A stretch of 64,000 nucleotides of DNA, taken from NCBI RefSeq assembly GCF_963921235.1, contig NC_086097.1:252218001-252282000 (forward strand), read 5' to 3'. The notes beneath the pieces are model-generated. The model was not told the origin of the DNA and did no database searches. It saw nothing but the letters and a program-made list of their open reading frames with translations. This document shows, in pieces, positions 50,381 through 61,191 of this stretch; the first letter of the stretch is position 1, and the number at the start of each line of letters is the position of its first letter. A program made the translations under genes and the position numbers. The DNA comes from Mobula hypostoma (lineage: Eukaryota).

Positions 50381-51056
50381 TACCTCTTCCTAGAGATGCT
50401 GCCTGGCCTGCTGCGTTCGCCAGCAACTTTGATGTGTGTTCCATTAATTTGCATGCTGCTCATGGACTTAGACTGTACATGTTTTTGCATAAAGGTGTGT
50501 GTGCATTTTTTCTCTCTTGCTATTTTGAATGTATGTTATGCCCCCAGGCCTCAGAGGAATGCAGTCTTGTTTGACTGTATCCATGTATGGTCTGAATGAG
50601 AATTAAACTTAATTTGATTTGAGACTGAGTTCTTGAAAGTGAGTCCTTGAGTTGTGGGTACAGTTCAGTGACGGAGCAAGTGAAGTTGAGTGAAATTATC
50701 CCTTTGGTTCAAGAGCCTGATGTTTAAGGGGTAATAACGGTTCCTGAATGTTGTGTGGCTATAGAATTGTTCTTTTAACTTAACAGTGGACGTTGAGGCC
50801 ATTGTTAAGAGACAAAGCACTACAACACATCAGCCCAACCAGTCGAAGCCGATCTGATCTGATGTCTGGCCTGGTCCCATCTACCTGCACCAAGACCTTA
50901 ACCTTCCATGCCCCGCCCCATCCATGTATCTATCCCAATATCTCTTAAACACTCCAATTGAACCCTTGTTCACCTCTTCCACCAGCACCTTGTTCCACAC
51001 TCGCACCACCTTCTGAGTGGAAACGTTCTGTTTTCACAGCTTTCCTATTTCAACTA

Positions 51057-54000
51057 CAGGTTTCCCCCGCCATCGGAAGGTAGAGCTTTCCTATGAAACG
51101 GTTCGTAAGCCAAAATGTCATAAAGCAAAGAAGCAATTACCATTTATTTATATGGGAAAATTTTGTGAGCGTTCGCAGACCCAAAAATAACCTACCAAAT
51201 CATGCCAAACAACACATAAAACCTAAAATAACAGTAACGTATAGTAAAAGCAGGAATGATATGATAAATACACAGCCTATATAAAGTAGAAATACTTTTC
51301 CACAATCATTACTGCACTGTTCTCCGTAGCGAAAATCTCATGCAAGCGCTATTGGCAAAAAACACGGCGCAAGCGCTTTCCAGTAACCTTTAAGCTCTGA
51401 AGCTGCCAAATCATACCAAATAACATGTAAAAATACACAGCCGATATAAAGTAGAAATGATGTATGTCCAGTGTAGTGTCACGTACCGGATTTGGGACAG
51501 CGCCGAGCACACTGGTGATGGTGCGTTAGGCTGAGTCGTCGCAGGTTGGGGTGGTGCAGCGGTCCCCACCCTCCGGGCCACCAACCGATACTAATCCGCG
51601 AAGCATGCAGGGATACAGCGGTAGCCGGGAGGCACACAGCACATTTTTAAGAAAAAAGCCGAAGCAAACATGCTAATTAATTAGGTGCTGCCTGGCACGT
51701 AATTGTCGGCCCAGATCGGTGCAGATTTCCGATTGCGTCGTCTCTGATCTGGGCCGACAATTACGTGTCAGGCGGCACCTAATTAATTGGCATGTTTGTT
51801 TTGGCTTTTTTCTTAAAGATGTGCTGTGTGCCTCCTGGCTACCGCTGCATTCTCCGCGATTCGTTATCTGTCCATGGCCTGGGGGTTGGGGTTGTGGGAC
51901 ACTGGGGTGTCATCTCGTCGTCTGTTTCCATTAGGGCAGGCAGGTCATCTTCTTCTATTTCTGCCCGCCACGATGTCGAAGGTCCAGGTTTGTCGTCTGC
52001 TGTGGCTGATGTGGAAGGCTTGCTTGATTGCTGAGCCTCGCGCATTTTTCTGTCACACAGTTCTTTGTAAGGACTCAAACCATCTTGCAAATATCCCCTA
52101 AACCTAAGTACCCTTTCAAAATTAAAGTCGTACTTTATCATTGCAGCGAAAATCTCATGCAGTTGCTTCACGTTCATTTCGCTACTGCATTCGGTTTTAA
52201 AACATAGAAACATAGAAAATAGGTGCAGGAGTAGGCCATTCGGCCCTTCGAGCCTGCACCGCCATTTATTATGATCATGGCTGATCATCCAACTCAGAAC
52301 CCAGCCTTCCCTCCATACCCCCTGACCCCTGTAGCCACAAGGGCCATATCTAACTCCCTCTTAAACATAGCCAATGAACTGGCCTCAACTGTTTGCTGTG
52401 GCAGAGAATTCCACAGATTCACCACTCTCTGTGTGAAGAAGTTTTTCCTAATCTCGGTCCTAAAAGGCTTCCCCTCTATCCTCAAACTGTGACCCCTCGT
52501 TCTGGACCTCCCCAACATCGGGAACAATCTTCCCGCATCTAGCCTGTCCAATCCCTTTAGGATCTTATACGTTTCAATCAGATCCCCCCCTCAATCTTCT
52601 AAATTCCAACGAGTACAAGCCCAGTTCATCCAGTCTTTCATCATATGAAAGACCTGCCATCCCAGGAATCAATCTGGTGAACCTTCTTTGTACTCCCTCT
52701 ATGGCAAAGATGTCTTTCCTCAGATTAGGAGACCAAAACTGCACACAATACTCCAGGTGTGGTCTCACCAAGGCCTTGTACAACTGCAGTAGTACCTCCC
52801 TGCTCCTGTACTCGAATCCTCTCGCTATAAATGCCAGCATACCGTTCGCCTTTTTCACCGCCTGCTGTACCTGCATGCCCACTTTCAATGACTGGTGTAT
52901 AATGACACCCAGGTCTCGTTGCACCTCCCCTTTTCCTAATCGGCCACCATTCAGATAATAATCTGTTTTCCTATTTTTGCCACCAAAGTGGATAACTTCA
53001 CATTTATCCACATTAAATTGCATCTGCCATGAGTTTGCCCACTCACCCAACCTATCCAAGTCACCCTGCATCCTCTTAGCATCCTCCTCACTGCTAACAC
53101 TGCCACCCAGCTTCGTGTCATCCGCAAACTTGGAGATGCTGCATTTAATTCCCTCATCCAAGTCATTAATATATATTGTAAACAACTGGGGTCCCAGCAC
53201 TGAGCCTTGCGGTACCCCACTAGTCACCGCCTGCCATTCTGAAAAGGTCCCGTTTATTCCCACTCTTTGCTTCCTGTCTGCTAACCAATTCTCCACCCAC
53301 ACCAATACCTTACCCCCAATACCGTGTGCTTTAAGTTTGCACACTAATCTCCTGTGTGGGACCTTGTCAAAAGCCTTTTGAAAATCCAAATATACCACAT
53401 CCACTGGTTCTCCCCTATCCACTCTACTAGTTACATCCTCAAAAAATTCTATGAGATTCGTCAGACATGATTTTCCTTTCACAAATCCATGCTGACTTTG
53501 TCCGATCATTTCACCGCTTTCCAAATGTGCTGTTATCACATCCTTGATAACTGACTCCAGCAGTTTCCCCACCACCGACGTTAGGCTAACCGGCCTATAA
53601 TTCCCCGGTTTCTCTCTCCCTCCTTTTTTAAAAAGTGGGGTTACATTAGCCACCCTCCAATCCTCAGGAACTAGTCCAGAATCTAACGAGTTTTGAAAAA
53701 TTATCACTAATGCATCCACTATTTCTTGGGCTACTTCCTTAAGCACTCTGGGATGCAGACCATCTGGCCCTGGGGATTTATCTGCCTTCAATCCCTTCAA
53801 TTTACCTAACACCACTTCCCTACTAACATGTATTTCACTCAGTTCCTCCATCTCACTGGACCCTCTGTCCCTTACTATTTCTGGAAGATTATGTCCTCCT
53901 TAGTGAAGACAGAACCAAAGTAATTATTCAATTGGTCTGCCATGTCCTTGCTCCCCATAATCAATTCACCTGTTTCTGTCTGCAGGGGACCTACATTTGT

Positions 54001-56121
54001 CTTCATCAGTCTTTTCCTTTTTACATATCTATAAAAGCTTTTACAGTCCGTTTTTATGTTCTCTGCCAGTTTTCTCTCATAATCTTTTTTCCCCTTCCTA
54101 ATTAAGCCCTTTGTCCTCCTCTGCTGAACTCTGAATTTCTCCCAGTCCTCAGGTGAGCCACTTTCTCTGGATAATTTGTATGCTACTTCTTTGGAATTGA
54201 TACTATCCCTAATTTCTCTTGTCAGCCACGGGTGCACTACCTTCCTTGATTTATTCTTTTGCCAAACTGGGATGAACAATTGTTGTAGTTCATCCATGCA
54301 ACCTTTAAATGCTTGCCATTGCATATCCACCGTCAATCCTTTAAGTGTCATTTGCCAGTCTATCTTAGCTAATTCACGTCTCATACCTTCAAAGTTACCC
54401 CTCTTTAAGTTCAGAACCTTGGTTTCTGAATTAACTATGTCACTCTCCATGTTAATGAAGAATTCCACCATATTATGGTCACTCTTACCCAAGGGGCCTC
54501 TCACGACAAGATCGCTAATTAACCCTTCCTCATTGCTCAAAACCCAGTCCAGAATAGCCTGCTCTCTAGTCGGTTCCTCGACATGTTGGTTCAAAAAACC
54601 ATCTCCCTGCCAGGATATTGGTCCCCCTAGGATTCAAGTGTAACCCGTCCTTTTTGTACAGGTCACGCCTGCACCAATAGAGGTCCCAATGATCCAAAAA
54701 CTTGAATCCCTGCCCCCTGCTCCAATCCCTCAGCCACGCATTTATCCTCCACCTCATCGCATTCCTACTCTCACTGTCGCGTGGCACAGGCAGTAATCCC
54801 GAGATTACTACCTTTGCGGTCCTTTTTCTCAACTCCCTTCCTAGCTCCCTATATTCTTCTTTCAGGACCTCATCCCTTTTCCTACCTATGTCATTGGTAC
54901 CTATATGTACCACGACCTCTGGCTCCTCACCCTCCCACTTCAGGATATCTTGGACACGATCAGAAATATCCCGGACCCTGGCACCAGGGAGGCAAACTAC
55001 CATCCGGGTCTCTGGACTGCGTCCACAGAATCGTCTATCTGACCCCCTTACTATCGAGTCCCCTATCACAACTGCCCTCCTCTTCCTTGCCCTACCCTTC
55101 TGAGCTACAGGGCCAGACTCTGTGCCGGAGGCAGGGCCACTGTCGCTTCCCCCCGGTAAGCTGTCCCCTCCAACAGTACTCAAACAGGAGTACCTGTTGT
55201 TAAGGGGCACAGCCACCGGGGTACTCCCCATCACCTGCCTTTTCCCCTTCCCCTTCCTAACTGTGACCCACTTGTCTGCCTCCCGTGGCCCCGGCGTGAC
55301 CACCTGCCTTCCACTCCTCTCTATCAACCCCTCACTCTCCCTGACCAGACGAAGGTCATCGAGCTGCAGCTCCAGTTCCGTAACGCGCTCCCTTAGGAGC
55401 TGCATCTCGATGCACTTGGCGCAGATGTAGACGTCCGGGAGGCTTGGAGACTCCAGGGCCTCCCACATCTGCGCAGTCCCGCCTCTTAGAAAGCTGTTGG
55501 AGAAAAAAAATAACGAAAATTTCAAAAATCTCTTTCTCGGCACTCCCACTCAGACTCTCAGACTCCTTCTTCGAATCAAACCCGAAGCAAGATGTCTGCC
55601 CTTTTAAATCTGCCGCGCTGCACTGCCCGACGTCACACGCCTGCGCAGTCCCGCCTCTTAGAAAGCCGTTGATTGTTATCCTTTCCTCTTCCAATTGCAT
55701 CAGCTCTTCATCTATCAGTTCTTGGTCATGGGATGCCAAAACCTCTTCAACATCATCTTCGTCAGCTTCCACAAGCCAAACTCACTTTGTCCTTGCTTCA
55801 TTCACCATGATCGAAACGCTTAATTATGTCTAGTTTTACGCTAAGTGTAACACCCTTACGAGCTCTTTTAGGCTTTTCGATACCTTGGAACTCATCTTGC
55901 AAACGGCTGCTCACAGGCACGTGTTTAAGCAATGCCGGCTAGAATGTAGTTCCGAATCCGGGGAGAGCGGCTGCTCGGGGCACGCGCTGCTTTTTGTCGC
56001 ACGCTCCTTTTTTTTCGTAACAGTGAAAACACCTTCTGAAAGCGAAAACAGGATACTAATGTAGGTCTTTCGTAACAGTGAGGTTTCGTAAAGCGAACGT
56101 TCGAAAAGCAGGGGACACCTG
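51057..56121 (-). mobile_element. Non-autonomous Tc1/pogo (Tigger-like) DNA element, TA TSD, interrupted by CR1
   Basis: ta|CAGGTTTCCCC ... GGGGACACCTG|ta imperfect TIRs; pogo-like remnants (VEEVLASHDQELIDEELMQLEE). Confidence 0.85.
52199..55668 (-). mobile_element. Near full-length young CR1 LINE with SGNH-esterase ORF1 and RT ORF2, internally deleted and frameshifted
   Basis: ORF1 VIGDSIVRG/HIGTND/DGLHLN; ORF2 YLDFQKAFDKV, GVPQGSVLGP, KFADD; (tttctatg)n tail; most of the endonuclease missing. Confidence 0.95.
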
Positions 56122-56216
56122 TACATTGTCTTTTCTTGGCAATCTGTTTACTGTGACTATTACTAAAATAAAAGAATAAGATGAAATTTGTATGTACTAA
56201 GAATGATGTGGAAGTA

Positions 56217-57037
56217 CAATTGATTCTGGTTAATTGGGCCACATCAGGATCAGTACATTTTGGCTCAATTAAGAGGCTGCCCCAATTAGCTAAAATTTCA
56301 TGGAAGTAGTTAAAAAGTATAAAAAAAGACAAACTACCATTTGATTGAGTAACAAGTTACATATTTAAATGAAATACAGAACAATTTAGAATATTACCAA
56401 TACCCCTGCAGTAGTATAAAACCGCGCACCAAATAGTTATTGATGGAGGAATTAATCCAAAGTACACTGCCTTGTTCTTTTGATTGACTGCAAATGAACA
56501 AAATCAGCACAGACACCTGGTGTAGAAAGTGGACTGACTTCATACAATGCTTTCAACGCTTGAGTCCTTCAAATCTTCATTTTCATTGCACATTCAAGAT
56601 GATTGTCGATTCCTTCAAATTCTTTGTAGTTTTTAACTTGAAGTATGATATCATTTCATTTTCACTCCCAACCATTTCTGGTATCTCCAAGCCTGAATGC
56701 TTGAAACCACAGTGATCAAAACAGTTCTGAATTGTCTTGTTGCTAATCTCTTGCTAACTATCGGCGACAGAAACCACTCCTTTTTGAACACAAACGCACA
56801 GCTATTTAAAGCTATTTTCTGTAAGCACAGAGTAGTGTCTAACGGCCACACAGGTGCACACAACTGACACTAGTTAGAAACTGTTCAGCAACGGTCTCCT
56901 ATCCCAATTAAGCTATTAAAGTGTCCCAAATAAACAAAGGGAATCACAACTATTTATGGATTAGCTTTTTTAAAAGAGTTGTCCCAAATATGCAGCTGCC
57001 CTGATTAACTGATGATCTAATGAACTGGAATGCACTG
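56217..57037. mobile_element. Tc1/mariner-type non-autonomous element (same family; partial copies at about 5640-6065, 9430-9778 and 63060-63460)
   Basis: Degenerate TIR caattgattctggttaattgg ... ctggaatgcactg with TA flanks. Confidence 0.7.
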
Positions 57038-57497
57038 TAAATGCAAACAGTGGGAACAGATCCATTCACATTCTCGTCCCAGATCTCCAGATACGTTTTT
57101 GTGTATAATGAGCTTTGGCATTTGTTTGGAGTACGAGGTGGAGTATGGAATGTGCACTCGTTCACTTGCTTGTGTTTAGTCCAAAGTTTGAAGGTGAAGT
57201 TCTCCCTTCTTTTAGCCAGGGACTTGCAGCAAACAATTTGACACAGGTTTTAGTCTCTGTAAAGGCAGCATCCATTATTAAGAGCCCCCGTCACCCAGGG
57301 CATGCCCTCTTCTCATTCCTCCGGCAAAGATGAGGTACACAAGCCTGAAAACACAATGCTTTCTTCCCCACCACCAATGGACATTGAACCCATGAACACC
57401 GTCTCAGTAGTGTCTGCTCTCTCTTTTGCACTACTTTTCAAATTAATTTAAAAATTTATATGTGTGTATATGTATATATATGAAAAATACATACTTT

Positions 57498-57523
57498 ATA
57501 TATATATATATATATATGTGTGT
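57498..57523. repeat. (TA)n microsatellite
   Basis: Direct. Confidence 0.9.
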
Positions 57524-57904
57524 AAAAAGTGTGTATTTTTCATAGTAGTTGATTGATTTTATTGCAATGTACTGCGGCCCACAAAACAACAAACTTTGTG
57601 ACATATGCCAGTGATATTAAACCTGATTCTGACTCAGAATTACCATCAGCAAAGTGAAGGTTACGATTCTCAAGCTGAACCTATTGAGAGAATTCTACAT
57701 TCAGAGAATCACCCTGGTTGTCATTGAGATGTGTTCCAATCCTTTCTGATTATTCCCCCATTTTGACACATACAAAATGAGAGACAGAGATCAAGTGGAT
57801 TACGAGTGACTTTTTCCCAGGGCTGTAATGGCTACTATGAGGGCCCATAATTTTGAGGTAATTGGAGGAAGATATAGGGGGGTGTCAGAGGTAAGTTTTT
57901 GTAG

Positions 57905-59630
57905 AGAGTACTTATACTTTATTGTCGCCAAACAATTGATACTGGAACGTACAATCATCACAGCGATATTTGATTCTGTGCTTCCCACTCCCTGGATTAC
58001 AAATATTAAGTATTAAAAATAGTTAAAATTAGTAAATATTAAAAATTTAAATTATGAATCATAAATAGAAAATATAAAAATGGGAAGTAAAGTAATGCAA
58101 AAAAACCGAGAGGCAGGTCCGGATATTGGAGGGTACGGCCCAGATCCGGGTCAGGATCCGTTCAGCAGTCTTATCACAGTTGGAAAGAAGCTGTTCCCAA
58201 ATCTGGCCATACGAGTCTTCAAGCTCCCGAGCCTTCTCCCAGAGGGAAGAGGGACGAAAAGTGTGTTGGCTGGGTGGGTTGTGTCCTTGATTATCCTGGC
58301 AGCACTGCTCCGACAGTGTGCGGTGTAATGTGAGTCCAAGGATGGAAGATTGGTTTGTGTGATGTGCTGTGCCGTGTTCACGATCTTCTGCAGCTTCTTT
58401 CGGTCTTGGACAGGACAGCTTCCATACCAGGTTGTGATGCACCCTAGAAGAATGCTTTCTACAGTGCATCTATAAAAATTAGTGAGGTGACAATCATGGG
58501 TGTACAGTGAGTACAGCAGGGGGCTGAGTTCACAGCCTTGTGGGGCACCGGTGCTCAGAGTGATTGTAGAGGAGAGCTTGTCCCCTATTTTTACAGCCTG
58601 GGTCCTCTCTGTGAGGAAGTTGAAGATCCAGCTGCAGATCTGAGTGCTAAGGCCCAGGTTCCGGAGCTTAGGAATCAGTTTATTTGGAATGATGGTATTA
58701 AAGGCAGAGCTGTAGTCAATGAAAAGGATCCTTACGTATGCGTCTTTATTCTCCAGGTGTTCTATGGAGGAATGTAGGGCCAGAGAGATGGCATCTGCTG
58801 TTGACCTGTTGCTCCGGTAGGCGAATTGCAAAGCGTCGAGGTTGACCGGTAGACTGTGGTTGATGTGTGCAATAACCAATCTCTTGAAGCACTTCATAGC
58901 AATTGATGTCAGAGCCACAGGTCGATAGTCATTCAGGTATGCCACCTTGCTCTTCTTCGGCACTGGGATTATCGTTGCCTTCTTAAAACACGAGGGGATC
59001 TTAGACTGAAGCAAGGAGCAGGTGAAGATGTCAGCAAACACTCCAGCTAGCTTGCTTGCACAGGCCCGGAGAACCCGTCCTGGCACGCCATCTGGGCCCG
59101 TCGCCTTCCTTGGATTTATCTTCAGGAAGGCCCTTCTAACGTCCTCCTCGGTGATGATAAATCTCGATGCCACCAGGTCCAGTTCATCTGGAGGGAGCAG
59201 GACGCTCCTCTTCTGTTCAAATCTTGCGTAGAATATGTTAAGTTCGTCAGGAAGAGAAGCGCCACAGTTAATGATATTCCCAGCCTTTTCTTTGCACCCA
59301 GTGATCTCATTTAGACCCTGCCATAGTCTACTGGCATCCCTCTGGTTAGCCTGGGCTTCCAACTTGGCTTGATATTGCCTCTTGGCGCCCTTAATGGCTT
59401 TCCGGAGTTCACGCCTGGATTCCGTGTAGCGACTGGTATCCCCGGACCTAAAAGCTGCAGCTCTAGCCTTTAAAAGGGACTTGACCTCATAATTCATCCA
59501 AGGTTTCCGGTTGGGGAATATCCGGATCATCTTGTGAGACACACAGTCTTCTGTGCATTTCCAAATAAAGTCCGTGACAGCTGAGGCATACTCATTGAGG
59601 TTAGCTGCCAAGTCCTTGAATACTAACCAG
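57905..59630 (-). mobile_element. Rex1/Babar-like LINE with 486-aa partial ORF2 and an in-frame deletion
   Basis: LNDYRPVALTS, LQFAYRSNRST, LFIDYSSAFNTI, TGAPQGCELSPLLYSLYTHDC. Confidence 0.88.
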
Positions 59631-60028
59631 TATTAGTGTGTGGAATGAGTAATGAGTGTGTGGAACGCCCTGCCAGGAGTTGTGGTAGAGGCAGATACAT
59701 TAGGGGCACATGGATGATAGAAAAAATAATGGAGGGCTACATTGGAGGGAAGGTTTTGATTGATCATAGAGTAGGTGAAAAGGTCAACACAACATTGTGG
59801 GCCAAAGGGCCTGTTCTATGAGCAAAGAAAATCAAATAATTAGTAAAGTGCTATGCTGTTGCAGCAGATTGTTCTCGCTCTAAATTCCAATCAAACTTAA
59901 ACACTACCAGACAAAATATATACTACCAATGGAGCTTGTGACGCTGTATTATATTGATAAAATAGTTGTTTGTACTTGGTGTTGGTAAATTTTTATTATT
60001 AAGCTTATTGGGAAATGGTATGTTTCAG

Positions 60029-60131
60029 GAGAGGAATTTGAATGAGAAAGCGTATAGGAATATCCAAGAGCTTGAATCCTATGCAGAGAATGCTCAGTCG
60101 TCGTTCATCTACCTCCTCTTGGAAGTACTGG
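60029..60131 (+). CDS. NDUFAF6: NDUFAF6 coding exon 5 (103 nt)
   Basis: [34 protein letters not shown](G); tttcag acceptor, G|GTAAG donor. Confidence 0.95.
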
Positions 60132-60182
60132 GTAAGAATATGCTTTATACATTTTGCATTGTGTGTGGATTCTTTAGAGTTT

Positions 60183-60725
60183 TATTTCTTACTTTAATGG
60201 CGAAAAGATGTATTTTACAACATTGGAAAGAGCTTAATGCTCCAACTACCTTTTTTTGGTTTTCTCAGACGATTTTATGTTTGAATCTGGAGAAAATTAG
60301 AAGTAACCTCTATGATTCTTCATTTAAATTTGAACAGATTTGGGGACCTTTTATTCGATATTTTCATTTAATGTAATATTTACCCTTCTTGTTTTCTCTT
60401 CACTGTTTTAATGGAGGTCGGGATTGAGGACGTGATTTTAAGTTTAACTCTGTTTGGTTTCAAGTTAGCCCATTGCTTTGCTTTGCTTTTAGTTAGTTGC
60501 ACGGTGGGTTTTTTTTTGGGGTTTTTTTTTTCTTTTTTTCCATTGATATATATAAAATCTAGTATACTATTATGTTATCTTGGTTTCTTATGCTTAAATT
60601 ACATTGTTTGTAGTATTTTCTTTTTGGTATTGTTATCTTTTGGAATTTTATTATACTTTAACATTGTATTAATGTTTATATGGCTTACCTTTTTTGTATA
60701 CTTACTCAATAAAAAGATTTAAAAA
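60183..60725 (+). mobile_element. Young L1 3' fragment with 16-bp TSD
   Basis: TSD ggattctttagagttt at 60167-60182 and 60726-60741; AATAAA at 60708. Confidence 0.92.
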
Positions 60726-61191
60726 GGATTCTTTAGAGTTTCTATAATTGTTATTCTGTAAGAAATCCATATTTACCAGGTAAAATTTATAGTGTTTTTG
60801 CATCAACACAGGAAGAGTTATTTGCAGCCTGATTGTGCTGAGGTGTGTGTCTATATAAAACATACACCAACGATAACAACTTGTGCATTTCTGGGATGTG
60901 GGTGGAAGCTGGAGCCACCCACACATTCAGATTTATTTATCACATCCACGTCGAAACATACAATGAAATTTAACAGCCAACACAACCCAAGGATGTACTG
61001 GGGGGACTTCCCTTAAGTGTCACCACACATTCTGGTGCCAACATAGCATGAGCACAATGTTCAGCAGAACAACAAGACATGACAACAGCAAAACAAGCTC
61101 CTTTTCCACTGTCACACGCACCCACAGACAGGTCTCCAAATCCAGGACAATCCAACCTCTGGTCCTTGCTTCCAGATGCTCAGACAGCGGT

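Larger units (their letters stand above)
49468..50440 (+). mobile_element. Penelope-like element 3' part: GIY-YIG endonuclease, 3'UTR and tandem 120-bp terminal repeat
   Basis: CKRNKCYTC...FTCESAGVIYCIRCSRCGLLYIAKTRRRLGDRFAEH...PVATHFN...LRLEEHHLIFRLGSLQPDGMN. Confidence 0.9.

Noticed and set aside
54566..55549. Stand-alone SGNH/GDSL esterase gene
   Set aside because: It is CR1 ORF1, contiguous with ORF2 and the CR1 tail; esterase ORF1s are known in this clade
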